A stretch of DNA of 64,000 bases, from assembly GCF_001194135.2 (NCBI RefSeq), contig NC_068986.1:69274442-69338441 (forward strand), written 5' to 3'. The position numbers and the translations under genes were made by a program. Below the pieces are notes generated by a model. It had not been told where the DNA came from and made no database searches. It worked only from the letters and a program-made list of their open reading frames with translations. This stretch comes from Octopus bimaculoides (Eukaryota). Shown here one piece after another: positions 1-12,893 of the stretch (position 1 is the stretch's first letter; each line of letters opens with the position of its first letter).

Positions 1-249
1 TGTGAATATGTATGCATTATATACATATATATATATGTTTTTTTTCATCTCCCATTCAGTTGCCTATCAACTAACACTTTTGTTTTCATTTCCCTACACT
101 TTTTTTTCATTTTCTCTTCTTGTTTTCATTTTATCTTCCGCCTTCTTTTCTTCTTCTTTTTTCACCTTTTCCTTTGACCTCTGTCTTCATCTTAACATAC
201 ACATCTCTTCTACCCTCTCTGTCTACTTAATACTACCACTACATTCACA

Positions 250-660
250 AATTTTCATTTACACCACAAGACCCCTTTGAATGAACAGCACATGGAATCT
301 ACGTCTCCACACTTTCCATTTGTAATGACAAAATATGAACTCCTACTGGAATTTACATACCACGGACAGGAAGCATTTATACCACTTCTACACACCACTT
401 CCTTGGATAACGGAATTGCAACTATAACATCTTTATACATAAAAATTTTTATTTCTACATTCATTCTCCTATTTCTCTATATACTCCTGATTTGCTTCCT
501 TTTCCAAAATAACTCCTATATTGAACTCTAATATATCCCTCTACTTAACCATCTCACATCGTCTCTGATGAAAGGATATCCCTATTATCCCAGAAACAGC
601 TGTAAGACTAACTTTCTCTTTATAAATGTCCTGAAAATTCCACACAGCCTTGGCTTTGTT
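250..660 (+). mobile_element. Probable 3' terminus (pseudo-LTR region) of a Penelope-like element
   Basis: Decayed reading ...YHGQEAFIPLLHTTSLDN resembles the E-x-x-I...P-x-L-N end of PLE GIY-YIG domains. It is followed about 150 bp later by a minimal hammerhead motif, the usual PLE terminal arrangement. The element assignment is inference. Confidence 0.45.
561..608 (+). ncRNA. Minimal type-I hammerhead ribozyme motif
   Basis: gtct-CTGATGA-a-aggata-tccctat-tatccc-a-GAAA-cagctg-TA-agac. Stem I gtct/agac, core CUGAUGA (565-571), stem II ggata/tatcc, GAAA (593-596), palindromic helix III ACAGCTGT, GUA cleavage triplet (602-604). Confidence 0.8.
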
Positions 661-673
661 GTCTCATTTTACT

Positions 674-748
<75 letters not shown>

Positions 749-926
749 CATAAACAATACAAATTCAGTGTGTGTTGCGCTTCATTACTTAATAAATGAA
801 ACAATGTACGGTAAATAAACAAACGACATAACGTATACTGAATGTAAAAACGAACGGGAGACAAACAGAAGGTTCGTAATTCTTCATCAGTTATGGACAA
901 TTGGTCATATTTAGTTTCACACCTTT

Positions 927-2246
927 GGTGGTTACAAAGTCTTTCCCTGATTATAAACCTATATTGAACAAACACTTTTCAAGATACAAAAAACAGCTTT
1001 TGGTACACTTATAGCATCTACCTAGAAATATTTATTGACATAAAATGAAATTCAGTTAACTTCAACATTAGCCCCTTTTGTGGCTCGGGGCACATCTAAT
1101 CGATATTCAATTTCACGCTATGTATAATGAAGCTTATCCTGGCCTTTAGAGACTGAAGATCATGAACTGGTGTACTGGACACTTTGTCTTTCAGATAACC
1201 TCCCAAACAGAAGTCTAGCAAGGTAATGTGTTGTGAAGGTGGAGGCCATGATGTTGATCCACCTCTCCTAATCCACCTGTTTGGAAATGTTTTATTCAAA
1301 AATTGACGGATACATATGCCCCAGTGTGGAGGAGCTCCATCTTGTTGGGAAATTATAGAAGGCGAAATTCCTCCAGCTGGGGTACAATATAATGTTCCAG
1401 CATGTCCAGGAAAACGTTTGCTGAAATGGGGGACTCGTCAAAAAAGAAAGGGCCAATGACCCTGTCATACATTAGGCAGCATCAAACATTAAACTTACAG
1501 CTGTCTCTTTTGTGCTCTACAATAGCATGTGGGTACTCCGACCTCCATATCCTGATATTGAGTTTGTAAACTTTTCCTGATATGTGAAAAGTTGCCTCGT
1601 CAGAAAACGCGAGACGTTGAAGATATTCATTGTTCGTATCGATTTTGTTAAGAATTTCTTCTGCAAAAGCAGCACGTTTGAGAAGATCGTTTGGTTGCAA
1701 AGATTGAACGATTTGCACTTTACATGCACGCAGTTTCACGCGTTTGTGCAAAATATTGAAAATGATTGGTTGTGGCACTCCTAGTTCTCTTGAAACTCTG
1801 TGAGTTGATTTCTTAAGGCTAAGTTGATAAGCAGTACGCACAGCATCAACAATCTCTCCACTTGTTCGTGGCCAGCCTGTTCTCTCTAGGTCACCAACGT
1901 TACCAGTGTCCTTGAATTTGTTTTACCAGTTCTTGATGATTTTAACACTTGGGGGATTTCGGCCGTATTCTTTTCTAAAATTTCATTGAACAGTAATTGC
2001 CGACTTAATTTCACAAAACCACAAAACACATTGTGCCTTCCCTTTCATAGATACTGTTTTGATATGTTAACTTTATCTGAAAAAAGAGAAAATGTGATTT
2101 AAAATAATGAAACAGCACATATCAATAATCAATTGTGAAATTTTAGACTTCGGTTTTATAAACTTCAACAACGAAAATGTTTAATTTGAAATAGCAACAA
2201 AGATATGATATTTCAGAATCAGAGAAAGACTTTATAATCCCCCTGT
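927..2246 (-). mobile_element. Degenerate Tc1/mariner-superfamily DNA transposon (DUF4817-type N-terminus; possibly DD41D/rosa-like)
   Basis: Minus-strand fragments KAQCVLWFCEIKSAITVQ (N-terminal HTH), LAFSDEATFHISGKV and FPNRWIRRGGSTSWPP..HITLLDFCLGGYLKDKV. Imperfect TIRs ggtggttacaaagtctttccctgattat (~927-953) and the reverse complement of ~2213-2246. Multiple stops and frameshifts; subfamily call is tentative. Confidence 0.85.
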
Positions 2247-2597
2247 TTATACATAAACAGTTATATATAATCCCCCTGTTATATATANNNNNNNNNNNNN
2301 NNNNNNNNNNNNNNNNNNNNNNNNNNNNNNNNNNNNNNNNNNNNNNNNNNNNNNNNNNNNNNNNNNNNNNNNNNNNNNNNNNNNNNNNNNNNNNNNNNNN
2401 NNNNNNNNNNNNNNNNNNNNNNNNNNNNNNNNNNNNNNNNNNNNNNNNNNNNNNNNNNNNNNNNNNNNNNNNNNNNNNNNNNNNNNNNNNNNNNNNNNNN
2501 NNNNNNNNNNNNNNNNNNNNNNNNNNNNNNNNNNNNNNNNNNNNNNNNNNNNNNNNNNNNNNNNNNNNNNNNNNNNNNNNNNNNNNNNNTATATATG

Positions 2598-2636
<39 letters not shown>

Positions 2637-2922
2637 TAGTCGCAGCATGGTCGAATAGCTAACAAGTTCGCTTCGCAACCCATGTTCGATCGCACTATGT
2701 GGAATCTTGGGCAATCGGCCCATACATTGTGATTTAAATTGGGTAGAAGGATGCTGCATAAATGTCTGGCAGGTGGATTATACCTTTATATCGGAGTGTT
2801 ACAGCTTTCTCACAACATACTGTTTCATAGTGATTCTACCTGAGAATTATGTTAAGAGTACACATGCTAACAGAATGCTCAGTAGTCTCTTACACATTTA
2901 ATAAGGATGAACTGAATCCCCA

Positions 2923-2968
<46 letters not shown>

Positions 2969-3784
2969 TTTCATATTCATACTCAACGGCTACACATTTT
3001 CTTAATTCTGAGAATAGCGATGAATACGGTGAATACAGCATTACAATTTCAAGCAATATTTGCAACATTTTCCTTTCACATACACGACTTATTTCAAAAG
3101 TAGAGGCATGAACACCATTATCCTTTATTTTTATTACGCCATCTACATAAATTCGAGTCGTGATGATTAGAGAAATCGATTTGAAGAATGGAATATATGC
3201 AAAAATCATGAAATACAGTGTATGAAACCAAGGAAATATACTGCATATTTCAAAATGTACTTCCATATTTTATTTTACATTTCGTGCAGTGTTCAATTAT
3301 ATTTCTGGTACAAATATGTGAACGATATTCAGATTGATTCGATACTAAAACGTCATTTATTTTCAGTCAAAGAGAAATTATAATAAAATTTAATCCATTA
3401 AATTTGAATGAATTTCTTTTATTTATGAGTTTGAGTTTCGTTAATTTCTTTTAAGCAGAAACAAAGAGGAAACAAATGATTCAGAAGTGTTGGGAATATC
3501 AAAGTGATGTGAGAGCTGGTGTACAAAAATATAATTTTAGGAAACTGAAGTGTAAAATTTCGACTTAATATATTTATTTCTCTTTGTGCTTGGCATATTT
3601 ACTGTGTAAATTGTTTCTCAAAATACTATACATCCATAAACATGCACATAAGTACACACGCGCACACACACATATACACATACGTACATACACAGATACA
3701 CACACACAAATTTATATTACATGGTGATGCAACAAATGTGATAAGTTCATTTTCCTTAACTGCAAACATTGGTAAACGGAAATA

Positions 3785-3831
<47 letters not shown>

Positions 3832-4427
3832 TATACACCGAGTTTTTGTGAAATGCTTTTGTATGCAATTATATTTGCAATTATATTTACACATATATAC
3901 ATACATACGTATATNNNNNNNNNNNNNNNNNNNNNNNNNNNNNNNNNNNNNNNNNNNNNNNNNNNNNNNNNNNNNNNNNNNNNNNNNNNNNNNNNNNNNN
4001 NNNNNNNNNNNNNNNNNNNNNNNNNNNNNNNNNNNNNNNNNNNNNNNNNNNNNNNNNNNNNNNNNNNNNNNNNNNNNNNNNNNNNNNNNNNNNNNNNNNN
4101 NNNNNNNNNNNNNNNNNNNNNNNNNNNNNNNNNNNNNNNNNNNNNNNNNNNNNNNNNNNNNNNNNNNNNNNNNNNNNNNNNNNNNNNNNNNNNNNNNNNN
4201 NNNNNNNNNNNNNNNNNNNNNNNNNNNNNNNNNNNNNNNNNNNNNNNNNNNNNNNNNNNNNNNNNNNNNNNNNNNNNNNNNNNNNNNNNNNNNNNNNNNN
4301 NNNNNNNNNAATTTATTCAATGTTTCCGTTGAATTTCCTGTTGCTATACAAGAGAAACCAAGGTTGTTGTTGCATTTTTGGTCAACAATTTATGTTTTTT
4401 CCTTGCATGCCACAGAGCGCGCGCGCA

Positions 4428-4466
<39 letters not shown>

Positions 4467-4589
4467 GACCCCAAAAATCAAATGTTTAAGAATACTTCAC
4501 TCCCAACTACAATAAAAGACTGTCTAATTAACGGAAAAGTAATGAGTAAAGACGAGGAGACCAGAAGAGATTGATGACAAAAAAGAAAA

Positions 4590-5040
4590 AAAAATATCCA
4601 TTCATTCATGGATCCATCCATTCATGGATCCATCCATTCATCCATCCATCCATCCATCTCCTACACTCACATTTGCGGGAATTGTCGTGGAGGTCCTAAA
4701 GCATTTCCTCCACAGGATCCTCTCAGACGCAACCGTCATTATACGTCTCGGCTGGATTCCCGAAATGATCAGCTGAGGCTATCCAACAGTCTCGCTCTTG
4801 TTCTACCCTTAGGTCTCCTGTCTGTTTGGCTCGACTTGCAGAATCCTTCTTGCGATTCTTTCCTGCAATATTCTAATAGCATATCTGTAATACTAGAGCT
4901 GTGATTTCTCAATGCAGAAAAGTCGCAGCTCAACGTGGACAGATTCACTGATCTCCGAGATCTTTTGGTCATTACCCAACATTTACGTCAGATCAAAGGT
5001 GAGAATAGGCATGAAAACCTAACTGGAGCTAGCGAGTCAG
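4590..5040 (-). mobile_element. RTE-clade LINE 3' fragment with (GATG/GAAT)n tail
   Basis: Minus ORF 4769-4972 ends ...RKESQE..TDRRPKGRTRARLLDSLS, like the RTE ORF C-terminus (RRPRGRPRxRW). An (ATCC)n simple repeat at ~4595-4655 lies at the 3' end. Confidence 0.6.
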
Positions 5041-5328
5041 TAAAACAGTTGATTTTGACGTAAATCTATTTTGATTTTTTTCTACTATTTGAAACTACTT
5101 ATTCTTGGAGTCAGTGAAGTATATTACAAATACCTTCAATCAGTAAAACAGCCAATTGTGCTTCTTGTTAGGTGAATACATATTTATTGATATACACATA
5201 TTTATTGATATACAACAAATGTGAAATTAAAACATAGGCATAACAGCATTCTTGTCATGAATACAAATAATTTACTGAAACATTATTAATTTCACTAAAA
5301 TGTTATCTTAATGTTTTGGACACAATTA

Positions 5329-5545
5329 AGGCGGTTAGCTGGCAGAATCGTTAGCGCGCCGGACAAAATGCTTAGCGGCATTTCGCCCGTCTTTATGTTT
5401 TGAGTTTAAATTCCGTCGGGGTCAACTTTGCTTTTCATCCTTTCGGAGACTATAAAGTAAGTGCCAGTTGAGTAGAGGGGTCGATGTAATTGATTTAACC
5501 CCTACCTCAGAACTGCTGGCCTTGTGCCAAAACTTGAAACCAATA
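5329..5545 (+). mobile_element. SINE family A (octopus-like), near full length
   Basis: aggcggttagctggcagaatcgttagc...ttcatcctttcgg...gggtcgatgtaat...cttgtgccaaaacttgaaacc. Homologous copies elsewhere in the window (39.4, 40.8, 44.9 and 28.0 kb). Confidence 0.8.
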
Positions 5546-6105
5546 TTTTAGATACAATTATTTTAAAAATAATTTCTATTGACATTAATCGACTGCCACG
5601 TTTATTACTAATATACACAAATATATTCACAAGTGTGAAAGCTTTTATGAAGTTGAACGACCTGCAAGAGATATCAGTCATGTCTCCCCCAAAAGCCAGA
5701 AAGTTACACAATAATGATGAAAACGGAACATTAACTACAAAAGTTCTTTATAGAGAAATCGTCGAAATAAATGCAAAGTTTGTAGGAGTTGCATGATGTG
5801 AAATAAAATAATTTTAAAATAAATGTTTTTTTAGTCAAACAATATTAAAGGATTGTTCAGATCACTTAGACTTCGTTGGAAAAGACAGCCTAAATTTCAG
5901 CAATTTACCCAATAACTCCCTCTCCTCCAATAATATAGCATTTTGTTCTGAAAATAGAAGTAGAGTTAAATTGTTTCCAATTCTTTCAAGAGCTTTTTGT
6001 ATTAACAGAACATAGTTAATATTGCAGTTAATATCTATTAGTATCTATAGACAGACAAACAGATAGATTGCTAGCTAGATAGATAAATAAAATATCATAA
6101 ATATA

Positions 6106-7330
6106 TTGGGTTGGAAAGAAAGTAATTTCGTTTTTTTTTTTTAGTGTTAAATAGAAGACATTTGTTTTCATACAAAGAATGAACTTAAAATCAATTATAT
6201 ATTTTCCATTTTGTTCGATGACCTTTTGCCATCTTTCTGGCAACTTCATGATTCCGCGCTCATAGAACTTCTAGCCCTTATCAACCAAAAACTGAAGCAA
6301 ATGTAATTTCAGGTTATCATCATTATTGAAAGTTTTGCAAACTTCGAAATAAATGGTAATCTGATGGTGTGAGGTCAGGGCTACATGATAGATGTAACAA
6401 GTTCCAATAATTTTTCAGGAGTTAGCAAAGACGTGTGTAGTCTAGCGTTGTCACGGTGAACACGATTCCTTTACGATTTGCCAATCCTGGCTGTTTTTTC
6501 TTTTTGATTGCTCCCTCCAGTTTCATTAGTTGTTGACAGTAAACATCTGAATTGATCGTTTGGTTCCTTGGAAAGCAGCTCAAAATACACAACACCTTTG
6601 TAATCTCACCAAATTGACAGCCTTACCTTTTTTTAATGCAATTAAGCTTTCGATGTGATTTGTGCTGGTTCATTACGCTTGGACCATGATTGTTTTCGAT
6701 TGCTATTATTGTAGACAATCCATTTTTCATCACCAGTGATAGTTCATTTCAAAAGAGCTCGATTGCATTACATTTGAGATGCATATCGCAAATATTGATT
6801 CGTTGTGTTAAGTGAATCTCTTTCAATTTATGTGGAACCCGAATATCGAGCTTCTTAATGAGTCTAAGACTTTTTAAGTAATTTTCAATTATTGTGTGTG
6901 ATACATTTAACCTCTCTGCAATCTCTCGCACAGTTATATGACAGTGAAATTCAATTATAGTTTTGATTCGGTCATCGTTAACTTCAGTAGGTCGACGTTG
7001 GTCATCTTTGAGTGAAAAATCTCCAGAACGGAATGTGCATTCAATACCATAAACTTCACACATCTCTTTGGGAGCCTCAGTAGCTTTCTTGCATTTACGG
7101 AAATAAAAAAAGCAAAATATGGCGAAAATGTTCATTTTTGCACTCCATGTTAAAATTGACACTGAACTAACAGCTGTAAACAAAATTACGCCCAATTTTC
7201 TTCTAAAATAAGCTAAAAGTAACGGCTATCAAATGTCAAAAAGAAAAATAATGATATTGACATAAGTCATTCAAAAATGTCGTAACGCTATCTATTTGCG
7301 AAAAACGAAATTACATTCTTGCCAACCAAA
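6106..7330 (-). mobile_element. Mariner (DD34D) element, defective, both TIRs present
   Basis: TA-flanked TIRs ttgggttggaaagaaagtaatttcg (6106-) and cgaaattacattcttgccaaccaa (-7330). HTH fragment KATEAPKEMCEVYG..TVREIAERLNVSHTIIENYLK..KKLDIRVPHKL and C-terminus MKLPERWQKVIEQNGKYIID. Confidence 0.9.
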
Positions 7331-8275
7331 TATAAATGAAGCATTACTATAATGAAATCATGGACACAGAAAGATAGGTATGCAAATGTACGCACACATA
7401 TTCACACAATGCTGTGATTGATTCGGTTATCAAATTCGTTATATAAATTCTAAATCCGAGGACAGTATGTACATACAAAGTATAGATGGACAGTTTTAGC
7501 AAGAACGCCTTTTATATTTCCATACACACACATGCACACACTCATATATGAATACGCAAACATATATATAGTAAAGAATATGTGCAATAACAGTATATAT
7601 ATCAAACGAAAGAAGTAGCTGATGATCTAGCATTTCAAGTTATATCCTTTATCAAAGACAACAAAAGAAATAAAATGGAAAGTAAGAAATAGAAATGACA
7701 CTAAATGTAGGATGTCTACTTGCGTTGCAAGCCTGGGGTAAAATGGCAGATAGATAATGGAAAAGAAGGATCGAAAGTTGAGATACGATCTGGATCCTAG
7801 TGACAGTAAATGAGAAAAGAGAAAGAAGGGAATAGGAAAGGAAGAAAAAGAGTCAGAGGGCATGAAGAAGAATGACAGAAAATGAGAGAGGGTGAGAAAG
7901 CGAGACAGAATGGTGGCGAGAAAGCTCTTGATATGGGCTTGTGAGTGTTAAATGCACTATAGTTAAATCCGTTATATTACCATTTGTATAGATGTGAAAT
8001 AGCATCGTATATGTGTCACAGATTATAAAGTTCAAGTGTCTATGTATGCAGTAGTCATTCTTGCAATGTAATACATTTAGCTGTGAATTTGTGTGTGATT
8101 CTGTGTGAGTGTGTATACATAAACACATACATATATGCATACATTCATACATATACGCATGCATGTGTGTATGTATATATATATAATTTACACATATACA
8201 TACACACATACATAAATACAAACTCAAGCATATATATATGTAGGTACATACATATACATTTACACGCGCGTATAA

Positions 8276-8308
<33 letters not shown>

Positions 8309-8718
8309 NNNNNNNNNNNNNNNNNNNNNNNNNNNNNNNNNNNNNNNNNNNNNNNNNNNNNNNNNNNNNNNNNNNNNNNNNNNNNNNNNNNNNNNNNNNN
8401 NNNNNNNNNNNNNNNNNNNNNNNNNNNNNNNNNNNNNNNNNNNNNNNNNNNNNNNNNNNNNNNNNNNNNNNNNNNNNNNNNNNNNNNNNNNNNNNNNNNN
8501 NNNNNNNNNNNNNNNNNNNNNNNNNNNNNNNNNNNNNNNNNNNNNNNNNNNNNNNNNNNNNNNNNNNNNNNNNNNNNNNNNNNNNNNNNNNNNNNNNNNN
8601 NNNNNNNNNNNNNNNNNNNNNNNNNNNNNNNNNNNNNNNNNNNNNNNNNNNNNNNNNNNNNNNNNNATGGTAAAAAGGTGTGAAAACACCCAGTTCGTTC
8701 AGCCGCCATCTCTCGGGA

Positions 8719-8765
8719 ATCTGAAACATCGATGTTTCGAGTTTTTTGACTCTTGTCAACGAGAT
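8719..8765 (-). ncRNA. Decayed hammerhead-like motif (probably inactive)
   Basis: Minus strand atctcg-TTGACAA-gagt-caaaaa-actc-GAAA-catcgatg-TT-tcagat. Stem II is perfect and helix III is palindromic (ACATCGATGT), but the core CUGANGA carries two transitions. Confidence 0.4.
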
Positions 8766-9090
8766 GTACCTAAGAGGAGCAACTCTGAACGAACTTAATA
8801 AAGCTGTAGCTTTATATATAATTTAGTCAACACGTTGACTGATTTGCGCTAGTAGATCGCCTGATCTAATTAATTAGCGGAGCATAGGCGCAAAGCAGTG
8901 TTTAGGTATGAGCAGAATTTAGGTTAGTTGAAATATGTTTGTCACATATTTCAACTGCTAAAGGCAACTACACTGCAGTTACTGTGGAGAAAAATAGAAA
9001 GAATGTGGTTGCATTCTCATTCAACTCATAGTTGGCTTTGAAATGTTTAAATTTATTCCAACTATTCTGATTTACGCAGTGTTGCACGTT

Positions 9091-9192
<102 letters not shown>

Positions 9193-9209
9193 AGATATAT
9201 GTAAATATC

Positions 9210-9242
<33 letters not shown>

Positions 9243-9610
9243 ATATATATATATATATGAAGTAGAATAATTCATGCAAAGGGAAATGAGGAAAGCTTCT
9301 AACAATGCATAGATGAAAGTTGAAAAACCTTTATATATTTCGGGTGCAAAGGCTCATCATCAAAAGTGTACAGTCAAAAAATGGGTGTCTACACAGATCC
9401 TGCCATTTGGATAGCTGGATGGGCATGTGACCTCGTTTTAGTCTGGTATTTGTGCTAATAGTAGCAGATCCGAAAATGATAGCGTTGTCGGTGCCATAGA
9501 GGTCACACTGAGAACGGTGGTGGTGAAGGTAGTTGTTGATGGTGGTAAATGTCGTGGTAGTAGTCGTTGATGGCGTAGGTGTTATTTGTGCTTTTAGTAG
9601 TCCTTGCCAA

Positions 9611-9767
9611 GGTGGTAGCTGTAACAGCCACAAGCCTCATCACGGCAAGCGACGGCAGTGGTGGTAGCTGTAACAGCCTCAAGCCTCATCACGGCAAGCG
9701 ACGGCAGTGGTGGTAGCTGTAACAGCCACAAGCCTCATCACGGCAAGCGACGGCAGTGGTGGTAGCT
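9611..9767. repeat. 49-bp tandem repeat, about 3.2 copies
   Basis: Unit ggtggtagctgtaacagcc(a/t)caagcctcatcacggcaagcgacggcagt starts at 9611, 9660 and 9709, with a partial copy at 9758. Confidence 0.95.
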
Positions 9768-9959
9768 CTGGCGACTGTGAACATAGTGCTAGTAAGCGAC
9801 AATGCCAATCACTATCGTACTGACGATGACGCTGATCATGGTCACAGCGATGTAGGAGCAGTCGGTAATTTATAGGAGTTACCGGCTCAACTCCCATTGA
9901 TTATTGACATTCGGTGGATCAGTCGGTGGATCAGTAAGGTTTCCTTGATACAGAAATTT

Positions 9960-10779
9960 CCTCTATTTCTCTCTGTGGCCAACATTGAAGTGTCTATCCC
10001 CTTGGTGGTAATACTGCGTTTGATTAAGTGCTTGCAGAAGAAAACCCGTTGGTAGTCAGGTGTTCCTTCTGTCAGATGTGGAACGGTCGGACCTTACTAT
10101 CGATGTAATAATGTCCGCATTAGGAACACCACATCTGGTACACCACGTATGTCTGCAGACTCTTGCTCGTGTAGTGGATAAAACACAGTTTACCAGTGTG
10201 CAGAGCTGTTATTCCGCGTGTGATTTCCTCGTTGACAGATGTTTATGCAGTGACGGACCCGATTGGGCTAGCACGATGACCTTACGGATAGCAAAGGTAG
10301 TCCAGAGAGATTCTTCTTGGCACGTTTATTTGGCTTGTATCCGTGTAAGGTATTTGTAATGAATGCTGGGAATCTGTTGATTCCAAATATCTTGAGGAAG
10401 CATGCAACTTGTGTGTCCCTGCTGGCGCCGTCATTGCATCTGTTGTGTACAGAGGTGATCTCAATATGTATGTAGCCGGTCTTAACACTGATGGGGAGGA
10501 TTGACTTATAATGGACGAAGTGTTGGCATGCTGCCTTTCGGTAGAACATTGTGTCAATTCTTTCCCATTTATGATGCTTCATCGAAAGTCAAGTAAGGAG
10601 AGGGAACCATTGTCATTCGGGTGTTCGATGGGGAAATCGATGTGTTGGTCCATATCATTGAAAATTTCCTGTATTGTAGAGGCATCCTCAAGGCATGAAG
10701 TGAGCGTGAGGATATCGACCACAAACGTGGTGAAAAAGGGAGCATGTGCAGCGGGTACTGAGTGCTCTAGCGAGAAGGC
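9960..10779 (-). mobile_element. Penelope-like element remnant: RT C-terminus plus GIY-YIG endonuclease
   Basis: Minus-strand FFTTFVVDILTL (decayed YVDD), IEHPNDNGSLSLLDF and FYRKAACQHFVHYKSILP, then VVYQMWCS*CGHYYIDSKVRPFHI*QKEHL (GIY-YIG pattern, ~10040-10150). The 5' part is lost in the N gap. Confidence 0.85.
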
Positions 10780-11207
10780 NNNNNNNNNNNNNNNNNNNNN
10801 NNNNNNNNNNNNNNNNNNNNNNNNNNNNNNNNNNNNNNNNNNNNNNNNNNNNNNNNNNNNNNNNNNNNNNNNNNNNNNNNNNNNNNNNNNNNNNNNNNNN
10901 NNNNNNNNNNNNNNNNNNNNNNNNNNNNNNNNNNNNNNNNNNNNNNNNNNNNNNNNNNNNNNNNNNNNNNNNNNNNNNNNNNNNNNNNNNNNNNNNNNNN
11001 NNNNNNNNNNNNNNNNNNNNNNNNNNNNNNNNNNNNNNNNNNNNNNNNNNNNNNNNNNNNNNNNNNNNNNNNNNNNNNNNNNNNNNNNNNNNNNNNNNNN
11101 NNNNNNNNNNNNNNNNNNNNNNNNNNNNNNNNNNNNNNNNNNNNNNNNNNNNNNNNNNNNNNNNNNNNNNNNNNNNNNNNNNNNNNNNNNNNNNNNNNNN
11201 NNNNNNN

Positions 11208-11265
<58 letters not shown>

Positions 11266-11289
11266 TACCTATATGTATACATCTATTAC

Positions 11290-12300
11290 GAAAAGGTCTT
11301 CGATAGCGTCGAGATGGACGCAATGCTAAAGTTTCTGTATATGCAAGATGTCGAGTCACATTTCACCAAGCTACTCACAAATGTGAACTCTGGATGCTAT
11401 CGCCACCAATAAGCGTTCCAGTTGAGAAGGACGTCGAAGAAGAAGATACCATCTCTCCAAACCTCTTCACTGCATGTCTAGAAGTGGTCATCAGAGACAT
11501 TGACTGGACAGGTGGCGTGAATATCAACGGCGAGCTACACTTACGATTCACAGATTACATCGTTCTCATCACCAAGACCATAGACCAGCTGCATACCATG
11601 CTAACAAAGCTGAACACCCATAGCTCAGCTGTAGGCCTTAAAATGAATCGCATGAAAATAAAATACATGCGATCTGAAGACGTAACAGGGTGGTGGGAAA
11701 CGTTGAAATCGAGGAGATAAGGGAATACTTCTATTTATGGCACTCAGTGAATAACGGCCGAGACACAGATGATGAAATCTCGAAGAATACAAAGTAAGGA
11801 TAGAAGGCATTTACCTCAATAAAGGATGAGCTCAAAGAAAAGCTGGACAAGACCATACGAACCAGACTCTTCAATTGCCCCGTCTTACATGCTGTCTTAT
11901 ACGCAAATGCGACGTGGGCTACTACGAAGAGGGAAGAACATTGATTGGTTGCGACGGAGAGGGCCGTGGAAAGAGTCATGCTTGGAATATCATTGCAAGA
12001 GCACATCAGAAATAAAATAATTTGGGAACGGAGCGGTGTGAATGATGTAATTTCAGATTGCTGAAAGCATAAGTTCCGCCGGGTCTGATAACGATCACAG
12101 ACAATAGGTGGACCCGTGAAGTTGCCGAGTGGTATCTAAGAGATCAGAAAAGGACACTTGGAAGGCCTCTACGACGATGGACAGACAATTTAGTTAAATG
12201 ACTTGGGCCAAGATGGAAAACAATGGCGCAATCAAGAAAAAGTTGGAAGTGTATTGTGACCATCGATGTATAGCACCATCCTATGGTCAGATGATTCTAA
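11290..12300 (+). mobile_element. RTE-clade LINE, 5'-truncated, frameshifted RT and 3' end
   Basis: ORF 11394-11720 reads DTISPNLFTACLE..GVNINGELHLRFTDYIVL..AVGLKMNRMKIKYM (RT motifs with decayed FADD). Downstream matches the RTE C-terminal RxxGRPxxRW-like region. Confidence 0.85.
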
Positions 12301-12325
12301 TGATACTGTGATCTGCATATATACA

Positions 12326-12444
<119 letters not shown>

Positions 12445-12845
12445 GTATAGTGTACATTTATACACATGCTAATGCAGACAGAAATATGCATGTGAAAGCA
12501 TAACATAAGTACGTTCATACATGCATACGTAGTAACAAATTTTGTGACACAAAGTTGCTTCCATATTTATTTGACAATACTACTACTTCACCACGTTTTA
12601 GTGCGGAAGCTATTGGACAAAATTACTCGGTCTTCTAAGATTGCTATATCCCTTCATATCACAGGAATATTCTATTCCGATCGTTAATGAAATTTTATTT
12701 CTTATTTTGTTTATTTCTTCATTATTTTGCTTAATTGATAAAATTTACTTTTTGTTTAATAATCTGGTTTCTTTGTGTCTGACTTTGTCTGCTTTTCCTT
12801 GTCTTTCATTGTCTTGTCCTGATTAAGAAATAGTTTCTTTACCAG

Positions 12846-12893
12846 GAAATTCGACTCCCAAGAGAAAATAATCTTCCTTTGATTGTCAACGAA
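12846..12893 (+). CDS. Candidate isolated 48-nt coding exon (EIRLPRENNLPLIVNE), host gene unidentified
   Basis: Long pyrimidine tract, then tttctttaccag| acceptor and |gttagt donor; open in phase 0. No homology recognised. Confidence 0.25.

Noticed and set aside
9325-9370. Minus-strand TGATGA-gcctttgcaccc-GAAA near the PLE 3' region
   Set aside because: C3 is missing and neither stem II nor stem I pairs.
9611-9767. CRISPR-like array
   Set aside because: The units are contiguous with no unique spacers, there are no cas genes, and the context is eukaryotic.
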